Of a stretch of 64,000 nt of DNA, positions 34,714-44,683 are shown in pieces. Numbering within the stretch: position 1 is the stretch's first letter; each line of letters begins with the position of its first letter. Origin of the DNA: an uncultured Gammaproteobacteria bacterium. GTDB lineage: Bacteria; Patescibacteriota; Microgenomatia; Levybacterales; GWA1-39-11. The notes beneath the pieces were generated by a model that was not told where the DNA came from, made no database searches, and saw only the letters and a program-made list of their open reading frames with translations. The stretch lies in NCBI GenBank assembly GCA_964452165.1, contig CAYVKP010000001.1, positions 76,110 to 140,109 on the forward strand, read 5' to 3'. The position numbers and the translations under genes were made by a program.

Positions 34714-36918
34714 TTAGTTTATACCACAGGTATCAGCAGGCGTGTACCACGGCTTCCAGTTTGTTCCACCCGCTGACATCTCTGCCATTTTTTTAGTATT
34801 CTCGATGGGGTCTGAGTATTTGGCTACACATGCATCAAGTTTTGCTTGATTTGCAACTGCGCAAGTCGGCGGATTTATCGTGTAATTTGAAAAAGCTCCG
34901 GGACACTGGACGAGCATGTTTATTTGGAAAAGTCCGACACTGTAGTCAGCGGAGACTCCTGTTAGACAGCCCTTATTAAGCGCGGCGGGATTTCCTCCGC
35001 TTTCTCGCTTGCAAATTATAGAGGCTTTGAGGGCTTTTGTCTCATCGTTGCCAAAATATTGCTTTAAGCTCGACACGGCACAAAAATTGGATCCCCCGGA
35101 GCATACGCCGCCGGTTGGGGGAGCCGATTGTCCCGGAGTTGGGCCTGTGGGTGAAGGTGCCGCAGCTTGTGCATACAGGAAGTTCGATATTGATACATCA
35201 TCCTTCGCAGGCTTTAAAGTTAAGGTAAAGCCTTGTTGATTGTCGGTCTCTTTAAGAGACCAGGAGACTTTGTTGGTTGTTGGTTCAAAATGATATACAC
35301 CAGAAGTTGCCTGAAAAGTTGTCCCCTGCGGGATATCATCGTAGACTGTTATTTGCTCAAGAGGGACAGTTGCAATAGATGAATCATAAAAAACTTGCAC
35401 GTTATAGGCAATATCTCCCCCGTTATCAATTATGTCAGGACCAGAGAGCGTAAGCGTGAAGCCGGGAATTGGCGTAAGGCTTTGCTGTCCGGCAGGTCCG
35501 GCGCCTTTGCCATTTTGAGCATTGTTTGATCCACCTCCACCAAGGGGGATAGGTAGGGAGCTACCGGACATAAAAAAGAAAATAAAAATTATTAAAACGA
35601 TAAAAAGAAGAGCCCAGAATAAGGGAGATCGGAGGAGAAACCTTTTTATGAACGATGACGAATTCTGAAGTAGAGAGCGTGCTCGTGCTCCAGGTTGGCG
35701 ACCCTGCTTGGGATTTTTTTTAGGTTGTCTTCGTTCCGCGGCGGGTTGAGATTCGTGTGGGTGTTGTCCGGCGTCTTCTCTTTGGGCGTAGGGTTCTGCA
35801 GGCGCTTCAGTGTGGGAGGCATGTTCGGCTGTTTCATGGGGTGGATTCAGAGGCTCCATGTTTTCATGTGGAACCCGAGTTGCCTCCTCAAGTCTTTCCG
35901 TTGCTTGACTCGTCGGTGGTATGTTGACGACATCTGACGTCTGAACGTGTTCTGTATGAGATTGTTGTGTTGGAGGCACTGTTGGTGCAGGGGGCGCAGT
36001 CGCATGGGTTTCCTCGTGCTCTGGTGTCGATTCGGCAATTTTTTTATCAAGCACGCTTTGCGGGACGGGATAATAACCGTATTTTGCTGCTTCCTCAAGT
36101 TCTCCGAGTGTCGAGGTGGCATAATAGTCTGCCGTTCGTTTACGAATTTCCTGTCTCCCCAAAGCGCTTTTTATTTCTTCAGAGTCTTTTTTATAAGCCT
36201 CGGCTTTTTCGGGAAATCTATCTACGAATTTATTCCAGTGCTTTTCTTCTATCCGTTCTCGTATTTTGCTCCAGTCTTCTTTTGAGTCTTTTTTTCCGGC
36301 AGCAAGTACCCTGTCATGTATTTCATCTCTGACTTTTTTTTGTGTTACCCAATAGTTTGGATCCTTCTCAAGCTTAGTTATTTTTTTTGCTTGCTTGTCG
36401 TAATATTCGGCGTTTTTAGGTTTCTTTTCTCTGAACTCTTTTTCAACCTCATCGTGAAGACTGGGTGCTTCAGGATCTTCCAGGGAACCATGAACGTAAT
36501 CCAGAAACTCTTTGCTTTCATAGTTCTTATCCTTATTATTTTTTAGCCACTCGTCTTTCTTACGTATAGCAATTTTTATGAAATCGTTGTCATATTCCAT
36601 GACCTCATTTTGTTTTCTGAAGAGAAGCATGGGGGCAAAAGCAAAGCCAATTAGGCTACCAGCGCGGCTTCTTGTTGGAGGTTTGTAATCTTCTTGTGGC
36701 GCTTCGGGTTGTTTTGTTCCAGAGCCCAAATAATTTGATATCTCAAATCCCGCCACAACATTTGCTGGTAAGCTAATTCCCGTGCTTTCACTCCATTTGA
36801 CCAGCTCGTGTTCGGATGGAAAACCGGGTAGTCCGTTTCTTTTTTGATAATCTTGCCATTTCGCTATTAAGTTATCTGCTGTTTGGCGGTTGCTTTGTAT
36901 AAACTTTCCTGTATCCAT
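34714..36918 (-). CDS. large bitopic protein: cytoplasmic charged N-terminal region, single TM, extracellular domain ending in a lysozyme-like/SLT-type transglycosylase module
   Basis: C-terminal KRESGGNPAALN ... DYSVGLFQIN resembles the ES...GLMQ core of lytic transglycosylases; TM helix LFWALLFIVLIIFIFFFM. Confidence 0.55.
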   Translation of the reverse strand: MDTGKFIQSNRQTADNLIAKWQDYQKRNGLPGFPSEHELVKWSESTGISLPANVVAGFEISNYLGSGTKQPEAPQEDYKPPTRSRAGSLIGFAFAPMLLFRKQNEVMEYDNDFIKIAIRKKDEWLKNNKDKNYESKEFLDYVHGSLEDPEAPSLHDEVEKEFREKKPKNAEYYDKQAKKITKLEKDPNYWVTQKKVRDEIHDRVLAAGKKDSKEDWSKIRERIEEKHWNKFVDRFPEKAEAYKKDSEEIKSALGRQEIRKRTADYYATSTLGELEEAAKYGYYPVPQSVLDKKIAESTPEHEETHATAPPAPTVPPTQQSHTEHVQTSDVVNIPPTSQATERLEEATRVPHENMEPLNPPHETAEHASHTEAPAEPYAQREDAGQHPHESQPAAERRQPKKNPKQGRQPGARARSLLQNSSSFIKRFLLRSPLFWALLFIVLIIFIFFFMSGSSLPIPLGGGGSNNAQNGKGAGPAGQQSLTPIPGFTLTLSGPDIIDNGGDIAYNVQVFYDSSIATVPLEQITVYDDIPQGTTFQATSGVYHFEPTTNKVSWSLKETDNQQGFTLTLKPAKDDVSISNFLYAQAAAPSPTGPTPGQSAPPTGGVCSGGSNFCAVSSLKQYFGNDETKALKASIICKRESGGNPAALNKGCLTGVSADYSVGLFQINMLVQCPGAFSNYTINPPTCAVANQAKLDACVAKYSDPIENTKKMAEMSAGGTNWKPWYTPADTCGIN

Positions 36919-36931
36919 TGATTTTTACGCC

Positions 36932-39244
36932 TTATGGATTCGGTTGTTGCGGCGGCGTAGGAGCGGCAGGTGAGGCGGGCGTGGTGGGATCCGGAGAATT
37001 AGGAATCTCATGCGGCGCAATTGGTGTTGTTGCCTTAGGAGTAGCCGGGACAGTCTGAGCAGGTTGTGGGGCAGGCGCGACCGGGGCCTGTATCGGAACT
37101 GTCTGTTGTGTGGCCGGGCTTGCTTGAGGCGGGACAGTCTGATTTTGTGGCGCCGGTGTGGCGGGTGTTGGAATAGGCGGAGCAGAATCTACAATTTTAA
37201 TTTCCGTATCTGCTGCGGGAACGCTTGTTCCACTTGGTATTGGCGCAGGCGCAGGTGTCTGTCCGGCTGCTTGCTCGGCAGCAGCCTGAGCGGTTATGCC
37301 GGCTTGATCTTCTCCTTGTTTTATTATGTCTTGAGGTTTTGAAGTGATCAATTCGTATTCTGCGCTTGATGCTATGAACTGAGCGGTTATATGATTTTGT
37401 CCGGCAAAAAGAAGTCCTTCACCAACCTGGGCCGTAACCAAAAATTGTTTCTCGCCTTCTGATAAGAAGAGTGCTTTTGCAAGCGTTTCAACCTCGGACG
37501 AATTTTGTTTCAGGAGAATCTGGATTGAGGAGTTTGAGAGTATCGATTTCCCATAGTCGTTGTTAAGAAAGTCCTCAATGTCCTGCGTAAGCGTTGTCAC
37601 TCCCAGGAAATATTTTCTTGCTCTTTTTGCAATTCCCTGCAGGAAACTCGCCGAATCGGGGTGCTTCATAAGATACCACGCCTCATCGACTACTAGAATT
37701 CTTTTCTTAAGTTTTGTTCTAACACGATTCCAGATAAAGTCTAAGACCACGTGCATGGCAATCGGTCGTAATGCGTCCTCGAGTTGCTTAATAGAAAAAA
37801 CCGTAAGCTGGTTTTTAATATCGTAGTTAGTTTGTTCGTTTAGAAGTCCTGAGAATCCTCCCTTGACATATTTTTCAAGCCTAAAGGAGAGATCTTTGGC
37901 TTCGGGTTCTTCCATGTTGAGAAGAGTTTTATAAAGATCTTCAAGAATTGGCGGCTCGTTTTTATAAGTTGTCGGATCCGGCGTTATCCCCTTTTGCTTG
38001 TAGCAAAGCACAATTGCACGGTCGAGAATCGCTTCTTGGGTTGGGGTCATATCTCCAAGCATGGTCTTTAAGAGTCCATGGAGAGATAAGATTTTAATTC
38101 CAAGCTGGGCGTCTGTCATGTCCTCAGAGATTAGGGCAAAAGGGTTTATCTTGACCTCTGAGCTTTTTGAGAAATTTATATACTCGCCATCCAGTGCGTG
38201 ACAAAGTGCTTTGTACTCGTCCTCCGGATCAATTATCAAAATCTCGGCATCAAACATCATCTGGCGAAGAAGTTCGAGCTTAACAAGAAAAGATTTTCCT
38301 GCACCGGATTTTCCAAAGACAACTTCATTTGCGTTTTCAAAAGAAAATCTGTCAACTATTGCCAGGGAATTGTTTATTGTGTTTATTCCATACAGAATTC
38401 CATTCGGGTGAGAAATTTCGTATGAAGTAAAAGGAAAAGTTGACGCGAGTGAGGTCGTGTCCATGTTGCGCGTTATAAAGAGTTTGTCGGTTCCTGAGGG
38501 AAGAGTGGTTTTAAATCCTTCCTCCATTTGCAAAGTTGCCGGACGAATCAAAAGAAGGTTCGATGCAAGAAGCGATGAGAGTTCTTTTGTTTTTGAATCA
38601 AGCGCTTCAACTGTATCTGCTGCAAGAGTTATATAAAGCCCAAACTGAAAAAAGCGCTCTAACCCCCGAGCAAGCTCTTCGCGAAGGGCAATAGCGTCTT
38701 CAAGGGCTGCGTTTATCTTGGGATCCGGCTCAAGACCTTGCTCCGCATCAGACTGAAGCGTTGCTTCCATTTCTGATATCTTACGACGCAAATTTGACAA
38801 GACGTCTTTGCTCTCAACGGGATAAGCGAACATAGATATATTCATCGTCTCTTTGTAATCGATTAGTATTGAAAGCCAATTAGGTGAAACTTGACGAGGA
38901 TAATCAACAACAAAGAAGGTTCTGAAAAATTTATCCCCAACGCGAATATTTTTAAAATCTACCTCAACGGAGGAGGGGGAAATAAGATCAACAACCGAGA
39001 CTGACCCTTGTTTTAAAGCAGTATAGCCCTTACTTGGCCCCGTAGGTTTTGCCGCAACTTTGCCTTTCGGCGCCGCGCGTCCTACTGCGGTTTTTGCCGC
39101 AGGGGTGGCGGTCGAGGGGGGTGTGCTTGTTTGGGTCTGTGGCGCTGGTGGCACCTGAGGTTGAGGCTCGTTTTGCCCCGCCTGCTTAATAACAGGTGTC
39201 GATTCTAGAACTTGCGGTTGTTTTTTTTTGCCAAGACCTAACAT
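36932..39244 (-). CDS. VirB4/TrbE/CagE-family T4SS ATPase with Pro/Thr/Ala-rich N- and C-terminal extensions
   Basis: Walker A FGKSGAGKSF, Walker B ILVVDEAWYL, VirB4-type N-domain (TFFVVDYPRQVSPNWLSIL). Confidence 0.85.
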   Translation of the reverse strand: MLGLGKKKQPQVLESTPVIKQAGQNEPQPQVPPAPQTQTSTPPSTATPAAKTAVGRAAPKGKVAAKPTGPSKGYTALKQGSVSVVDLISPSSVEVDFKNIRVGDKFFRTFFVVDYPRQVSPNWLSILIDYKETMNISMFAYPVESKDVLSNLRRKISEMEATLQSDAEQGLEPDPKINAALEDAIALREELARGLERFFQFGLYITLAADTVEALDSKTKELSSLLASNLLLIRPATLQMEEGFKTTLPSGTDKLFITRNMDTTSLASTFPFTSYEISHPNGILYGINTINNSLAIVDRFSFENANEVVFGKSGAGKSFLVKLELLRQMMFDAEILIIDPEDEYKALCHALDGEYINFSKSSEVKINPFALISEDMTDAQLGIKILSLHGLLKTMLGDMTPTQEAILDRAIVLCYKQKGITPDPTTYKNEPPILEDLYKTLLNMEEPEAKDLSFRLEKYVKGGFSGLLNEQTNYDIKNQLTVFSIKQLEDALRPIAMHVVLDFIWNRVRTKLKKRILVVDEAWYLMKHPDSASFLQGIAKRARKYFLGVTTLTQDIEDFLNNDYGKSILSNSSIQILLKQNSSEVETLAKALFLSEGEKQFLVTAQVGEGLLFAGQNHITAQFIASSAEYELITSKPQDIIKQGEDQAGITAQAAAEQAAGQTPAPAPIPSGTSVPAADTEIKIVDSAPPIPTPATPAPQNQTVPPQASPATQQTVPIQAPVAPAPQPAQTVPATPKATTPIAPHEIPNSPDPTTPASPAAPTPPQQPNP

Positions 39245-39245
39245 A

Positions 39246-39914
39246 TTACAAGACTACGTTTTTTATATCGTCAGCGTTCCAATCAAGCGTTACAAACTCT
39301 TGATTTAACATTTCATAGAATAATTTAATAAGCTCATCGGTCCCAAGGGGTCTGTGAGTTAGTCCCATTCTTTCAACCTGGGTAAGTATATTATTTCTCT
39401 TTGAGATTAGAGCGGACTTTATCCTGTCATTGAGCGGTAGTTTCTTTCCCGGAGTAGCAGGGGCTCCCGGCTGCTGTGTAGGCCCAATATTTGTAGGCCC
39501 AAGCTCAAGCTGAGAAAATGGAATAACGATATAAACTTTCTTATCAAGAAGCCCCTCCCCCTTTATTAGATCCGCAATAAAATCTCTATAAAGAGTTAGT
39601 TGTTCGGATATCTTTGGGTTTTTCACTTTGGAAATCTTGTCTTCGAGCAGCTTGATGTAGTTGCCCATGTCAATTCGTCTTGAAACTATAAGTATCTGAA
39701 TGTAGAAAGAAAGAGAGTTAAGTAGGGACATGTATCCATATATTCTGGCTGTCTGTTCATCGCTTGAAAGCAGAAAGAAATTAACCGATGAGATTTCCGC
39801 AACCATGCAAGTGTTGCCTCCCTTGAAAAAAATCATGTCGTCTGAGATATCAACAATTTCCGTAAAATCCTGAGTTGTTGAATGAATTTTTGATTTTGCC
39901 ATATTATTCACCAA
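39246..39914 (-). CDS. hypothetical T4SS-associated protein immediately upstream of VirB4
   Basis: Tightly coupled to VirB4 (2-nt gap); no domain recognised. Confidence 0.45.
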   Translation of the reverse strand: MVNNMAKSKIHSTTQDFTEIVDISDDMIFFKGGNTCMVAEISSVNFFLLSSDEQTARIYGYMSLLNSLSFYIQILIVSRRIDMGNYIKLLEDKISKVKNPKISEQLTLYRDFIADLIKGEGLLDKKVYIVIPFSQLELGPTNIGPTQQPGAPATPGKKLPLNDRIKSALISKRNNILTQVERMGLTHRPLGTDELIKLFYEMLNQEFVTLDWNADDIKNVVL

Positions 39915-39938
39915 GGATATTTCTATCCTTGGTACTCC

Positions 39939-41222
39939 TTAGACTGCGGCTACCGCCGGCCCTTGGCCGCCAAAAAGCTCTCGTCTAAGTTTCTCACGTG
40001 AATCAACAGATGTTACTTCAATCGGATTAAATATTGATCCATCGAGCGTTATTTGAATAATTTGAAATTCGTGTTGTTTTTGCGGATCCTCAAAGTAGAC
40101 TTTATATGTACCATTTGATAGTGGTGTAGCAGATGCAAATTGTCCAAGAGAGTTAGTCTTGAAAGCTCTTACCGGAATATTATTCGTATCAACAATCTCA
40201 ACCAGGATGTTCGGCATGGTTTTCCCACGTGGATCTCGCACAATGCCAAGAACTACATTTCCAATGTCGGGAAGACTCGGGAAGCCGGCTGCAAGGCTTG
40301 CCCCCGGAGCAACATACTTTACGCTTTCGGTTTGTTTTTGTTCCTGCCCCTGAGAAGGGGTGAACACTTGTTCTTCGGTCTTGCTCTTATCGAGCTCATA
40401 TCCCACAACTTTCTTGGCTAGGGTATCTTTCTCGGCTTGTGCCTGACTGAGTTGACCCTGAAGTTCTTTCACCTTGCCGGTCAGGTCCTCATTTGGAGCA
40501 GCGGTTTTAGTAGTCTCTTCTATTTTAGCCTTCCTGATACTGTTTGCACCGGTTTCTATGACTTTTTGGGCGACGGCTTGTTTTTCGCTAATAACCCCTC
40601 TTACCTGATCTTCCGTTTGTCTGATCATCTGAATAGGGTCGCTCGCTTTTTCTATCTCTTGGTGAAGAAGTCTTGCGGTATTTGTCCTTGGAGTATCCGC
40701 GGCAATTGGCGTAAGGGGACGAATATTAGCGCTTGTTGGATTCTCAAAGAAGGATTTAATAGTTTTAAGTTGTGCTATTTCGGAATCGTCTGCACGTACA
40801 TTCGAGTTTCTAAGCCTTGAGAGGAGAAGTGTTTTTTTGTCGTTGGCAGGCGTTGTGGCGGTTGTTGTTGCGGTCTTTGAAGTAACCCGAGGCTTGACAA
40901 CAATCCTTAAGGCTTCAAAAGAGGCCAGGTTTGCACCCTTTTTGTGGTAAATGTATCTATTTTCAGAAGGAATAGTTTTGGCAAAATTTGAGATCATAAC
41001 GTCCATCGGGCGACCTTCAATGGGTATAAAAGTAAGCGCGACACCAATTCCTGCAAAAAGCATCATCAGGGGTACTTTAATAAAGAAGTTAAGGTGTAGG
41101 ACGAAAGCAACCGTGGTAAGAATCCCAAAACCCAGAAGATATAAGAATTGTTTTACCGTAACACTTCCGATCAGCTTAAACTTAAAACCCGTAACATCCT
41201 GAGGAATGGGATGATTCTCCAT
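39939..41222 (-). CDS. membrane protein with PrgI/VirB3-like N-terminal 2-TM module, coiled-coil middle and beta-rich C-terminal domain
   Basis: FKLIGSVTVKQFLYLLGFGILTTVAFVL...MMLFAGIGVALTFIPIEGRP resembles PrgI-family VirB3 analogs. Confidence 0.45.
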   Translation of the reverse strand: MENHPIPQDVTGFKFKLIGSVTVKQFLYLLGFGILTTVAFVLHLNFFIKVPLMMLFAGIGVALTFIPIEGRPMDVMISNFAKTIPSENRYIYHKKGANLASFEALRIVVKPRVTSKTATTTATTPANDKKTLLLSRLRNSNVRADDSEIAQLKTIKSFFENPTSANIRPLTPIAADTPRTNTARLLHQEIEKASDPIQMIRQTEDQVRGVISEKQAVAQKVIETGANSIRKAKIEETTKTAAPNEDLTGKVKELQGQLSQAQAEKDTLAKKVVGYELDKSKTEEQVFTPSQGQEQKQTESVKYVAPGASLAAGFPSLPDIGNVVLGIVRDPRGKTMPNILVEIVDTNNIPVRAFKTNSLGQFASATPLSNGTYKVYFEDPQKQHEFQIIQITLDGSIFNPIEVTSVDSREKLRRELFGGQGPAVAAV

Positions 41223-41315
41223 ATATAAAAGCGTATAACGTGAAAAATCTCATTGCAAGGGTCTCAAAGTACGTCAAAGTACGAGCGAGTTATGCGTAGT
41301 GTGTGAAAAGGGTAT

Positions 41316-43433
41316 TTATGGGGTCCCACCAACTAGTCGTCGTCCCGTACCTGTAACAACTGCTCCTGCAAATCCAAGTCCTCCCAAGAAACCCCAGATT
41401 CCCCAGCGAACCTTACTTCTTGTTGCAATATCAACAGGTATAGCACCTTTCGCAACTTCATCAGCAGGTTCTCGGCCTCTTGCTGGCTCTAATTTCTGAT
41501 GCCAATTTTCGTAGAACATACTCATCTCGTCATTTGAATAGGCTAGTTCACCCGCTTTACCAAACGCTATAACTCTGTCTCGTAGTCCTCTTGCCCCAAG
41601 GAACGCCTTCATGACTGTATCTTCGTAGTTTGCGCCTTCTCTGGTATATATTTCGTTAAACTTTTCGTTTCTCACTTTTACCGCCACATCTACTTTCTCT
41701 CTGTCGGTTAGGCTCAAGGTATCATAATCAGAGCCACTGTAAAGCTCCTCGACTACAATTGACCTTTGTTTTGCTGCATCAGTACTCCAGTTTACAATTG
41801 CGCCCATTGATTCTCTTCCGCCGTCTTTACCCTTGTGGACAAAGGGATCAAAGCGCTTCTTAATGTGAGTTCTGTCATACAGTCTTTTTCTCCTATTCTT
41901 GTCCATGGGCATTAACTTGTCTAAATCATCTTTTATTGCCTTGGCAGCATTCTTAGTCCATTCATCGCCTTTTTCTCCTGCTTCATCAGTCAATTTTTGA
42001 AGTCTTATTTCATTGAGTTTGATCATATCCCTTTGTCTTCCTGTTATGACTTCCGCAACAGAACTACGAACCAAATCTCGCATCTCAGCAACTATTCCTC
42101 TCTCTGCCTGGAGCCTGGCGGCGCGATCTCCCGCGGCCTCAGGACTTGCTTTGGTCTTCTCGATTGCTTCGTTTGCAGTACTGAGCCTCTTGTCTTCTTC
42201 AACCAGACGTTTTGCTGCTCCACCTATTCCTCCCTCACGAGTCATTCCGTCACTACCAACAGTTCCATATATCTGTTCTCGCATCGCCGAAATGGTTCTT
42301 AGGGCAGCGCTAATTTTCGTCTCGTCTCCTCCGAGAGAACCCTTAAGATATTCTCTTGTTGCCTGAGCCTCGGCTTTCTGCGTTTGCAGATCGATAACCT
42401 TATCCTGTAGTTCTCCGGCCCTTCTTGAAGTTTTATCGCTTCTTGTTCTTCCTCCCTCAAGTCTATCAATTTCACCTTGTAGTGCCTTGATTGTTTGGGC
42501 ACTTTTCTCTTCCACCAATTTTGCGGCTCCGTACGCGTCGTACTCGTTTATTCCCGTTATGCCCTTATCTTTTAGAAGTTTTAATAATATTCTTCCTTGA
42601 ATTTCTCCTTGAGATACGCCCGCTTTAATGAGCGGCTCGATTGCCGCTTTTAGTTCTGCTTGAGCCCCGCCTTCTATACCAAGTGTCTGAAAAACTAATT
42701 CAAAATTGGTTTCGATGTTCTTTTCAGCACTTACCTTGTCTACTTCGTGTTTCTTAAGTTCCTCGCCTTGTCCCACTTTTGCAAGCTCCCTGCTTCTTCT
42801 GAGTATGTCGTTGAGTTTGGTGGTCATAGCCTCATTAAGTTTGGGATCAGTTGCAAGTCTGTCTTTGACTATCGCTCTTTGTGCCGCGGGATCTGAATCT
42901 AAATCCTTAAGTCCGTCTATTCCTTCCCTAAGTCCGCCATCCGTCAGAAGAGTATCAAGCGCCTTGTCTTCAAAAACTTTCCACTCAGCAGCACCCTTAT
43001 CATAAACTTGCTCCGCCGTCCTTCCGGTTCTTGCAGCCTCGGCTACTATCTGAGTGTATTGCAAGACCGGTTCGTATGATTCTCGCGCTTCTTCACCTGC
43101 TGCAAAAATATCTTTGGCGTCCTGCGATGCTTCGGTGGGCATACTGGGTTTTCCGTCTGTTCCAAGGACTGCTTCCTCTGCGCCTAGTTGGGCCTGTAGG
43201 GCATTGCTGTCAGTTTTATTGAAATCGGGCCTTGGTTGATTTGCACGAAAAACTTCTGCTCCTGTCGTAGAGTTTGCGTGTTCTCTGACTGCATTCAGAT
43301 GTTCTGCCCTATCGGCTTGTTCTTTGGGCGCGCCTGTTGGCACAGTAGTTTTATCTTGTCCTCCATGATGGAATGCTTCTGTTTGAGTAGGTTGTTTGAG
43401 TTCGGTTGGTACGGCTGTTAATACGTCTGGCAT
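41316..43433 (-). CDS. large alpha-helical/coiled-coil protein with a Gly-rich hydrophobic C-terminus
   Basis: 705 aa, heptad-like charged repeats, C-terminal WGIWGFLGGLGFAGAVV. Confidence 0.5.
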   Translation of the reverse strand: MPDVLTAVPTELKQPTQTEAFHHGGQDKTTVPTGAPKEQADRAEHLNAVREHANSTTGAEVFRANQPRPDFNKTDSNALQAQLGAEEAVLGTDGKPSMPTEASQDAKDIFAAGEEARESYEPVLQYTQIVAEAARTGRTAEQVYDKGAAEWKVFEDKALDTLLTDGGLREGIDGLKDLDSDPAAQRAIVKDRLATDPKLNEAMTTKLNDILRRSRELAKVGQGEELKKHEVDKVSAEKNIETNFELVFQTLGIEGGAQAELKAAIEPLIKAGVSQGEIQGRILLKLLKDKGITGINEYDAYGAAKLVEEKSAQTIKALQGEIDRLEGGRTRSDKTSRRAGELQDKVIDLQTQKAEAQATREYLKGSLGGDETKISAALRTISAMREQIYGTVGSDGMTREGGIGGAAKRLVEEDKRLSTANEAIEKTKASPEAAGDRAARLQAERGIVAEMRDLVRSSVAEVITGRQRDMIKLNEIRLQKLTDEAGEKGDEWTKNAAKAIKDDLDKLMPMDKNRRKRLYDRTHIKKRFDPFVHKGKDGGRESMGAIVNWSTDAAKQRSIVVEELYSGSDYDTLSLTDREKVDVAVKVRNEKFNEIYTREGANYEDTVMKAFLGARGLRDRVIAFGKAGELAYSNDEMSMFYENWHQKLEPARGREPADEVAKGAIPVDIATRSKVRWGIWGFLGGLGFAGAVVTGTGRRLVGGTP

Positions 43434-43792
43434 TATTGATTTGTTTGTGTCTTTATCTCTTCAATTTTTTCCTGAACATCGGCTAGCTCTTGTTGATCAG
43501 TTTGTTTTGCTTCTTCTTGCTCAAGAGAGAGCAGGACAGGCTTGAAGACCGGATGATGGAGGACAAGCTCCTCAGCCCATACCTTCAGTTCTACATGGTC
43601 GTTTGCTCCTTCTATGTATTCAACTACAAAACGACTCGCTTGTTCGGATTCATCAACGGATAGATTTCCTTCTTTGAGTCCGTTAATCATGAGATCCGCA
43701 AGCTCATTAAGAAGCTCCTTTTTCTTCAATGCAAAACTTTGGGCGTTTGCGTCCATACCAAAAGAATAATGGAAAACGTGAGCAATTGTCAA
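43433..43792 (-). CDS. small acidic hypothetical protein
   Basis: 119-aa ORF translationally coupled to the gene downstream of it on this strand (1-nt overlap). Confidence 0.45.
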   Translation of the reverse strand: MTIAHVFHYSFGMDANAQSFALKKKELLNELADLMINGLKEGNLSVDESEQASRFVVEYIEGANDHVELKVWAEELVLHHPVFKPVLLSLEQEEAKQTDQQELADVQEKIEEIKTQTNQ

Positions 43793-43812
43793 GGAAAAAC
43801 AGAGTGGCCAGT

Positions 43813-44121
43813 CTATTTGGGGATCAATTGTTTGACTCCTGTAAATTTGCCAAGAGTTGCGAGTATTACAAATGAGGCAAGAACCAGAAGAAATCCACCC
43901 AATGCATAGAAAAGAGTTTTTCTCGTAGTTTTAAGTTTCTCCGGATCTCCTTCTGACGTGACCATTTTGTACCCTGAGAATATTATGAGAAAAACACATA
44001 CGATTCCGGCCAAGATAACGAGCGACCTTATAAGGTTGTCAAGAACAATCGGAATGCATCTAAGCGTTGCGACTTTTGTTTCTGGGTCGAGACAGCTATC
44101 CCAGGAGAGTGTTGGCATCAT
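43813..44121 (-). CDS. TrbC/VirB2-like mini-pilin (paralog A)
   Basis: Two hydrophobic helices around SGYKMVTSEGDPEKLKTTRKTLFYALGGFLLVLASFVIL. Confidence 0.6.
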   Translation of the reverse strand: MMPTLSWDSCLDPETKVATLRCIPIVLDNLIRSLVILAGIVCVFLIIFSGYKMVTSEGDPEKLKTTRKTLFYALGGFLLVLASFVILATLGKFTGVKQLIPK

Positions 44122-44179
44122 ATAACATTATTCTAAAAGCAAAATAGAGCAAAAGCAAGAGAAGAAGGAATTCGGAATG

Positions 44180-44602
44180 TTAAATCTGGCTGTCTGGAGC
44201 TTTTTGGAGAACCGGAATCTTGAGATGTGAGAGGCTTCCAAGTCCTAGCGCTGAGATTACGACGTTTACAATAACAAAAGATAGTGCAATTACAATGAGC
44301 CCAATGATTGCGGCGATAATGTGATTTCTCGCATCTGCTACTCTTTGTTTGTCTCCTCCTGATGTGATCCATTGAAATGCTCCAATAACTATGTAAAGAA
44401 GTGCTGCCAAGAATGCTACGACAATAACAAAAGCTACCGCAAAAGAGACGATAGAACCGATGCTTGTATCAGGTGTGATGATTGTCCCTCCGGGAGGGCT
44501 TTTAATAGACGCATTTAAAACGGCCGGGTCGCCCTGTGCGAGAACACCCTGAGCAAGTGCCAGAAAAGGTAGAGCTGAAAGCGCAATTTGTAATTTCTTC
44601 AT
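44180..44602 (-). CDS. TrbC/VirB2-like pilin with signal peptide (paralog B)
   Basis: Signal peptide MKKLQIALSALPFLALAQGVLA; core GAFQWITSGGDKQRVADARNHIIAAIIGLIVIALSFVIV. Confidence 0.6.
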   Translation of the reverse strand: MKKLQIALSALPFLALAQGVLAQGDPAVLNASIKSPPGGTIITPDTSIGSIVSFAVAFVIVVAFLAALLYIVIGAFQWITSGGDKQRVADARNHIIAAIIGLIVIALSFVIVNVVISALGLGSLSHLKIPVLQKAPDSQI

Positions 44603-44683
44603 AACCTAATTTTTATTACAGCATTTTTCACAACCTTTGTCAAGAGGAGTAGAGTATAACGTATTTTGTTAGAATAAGGGGAA

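Noticed and set aside
35009-36546. Cluster of plus-strand 60-120-aa ORFs (Cys/Arg-rich) opposite the 734-aa gene
   Set aside because: Antisense shadow frames of a long minus-strand CDS, with no starts or independent signals.
44133-44372. 79-aa minus-strand ORF overlapping pilin paralog B in another frame
   Set aside because: The alternative frame of 44180..44602 carries the signal peptide and conserved pilin core. This one is spurious.
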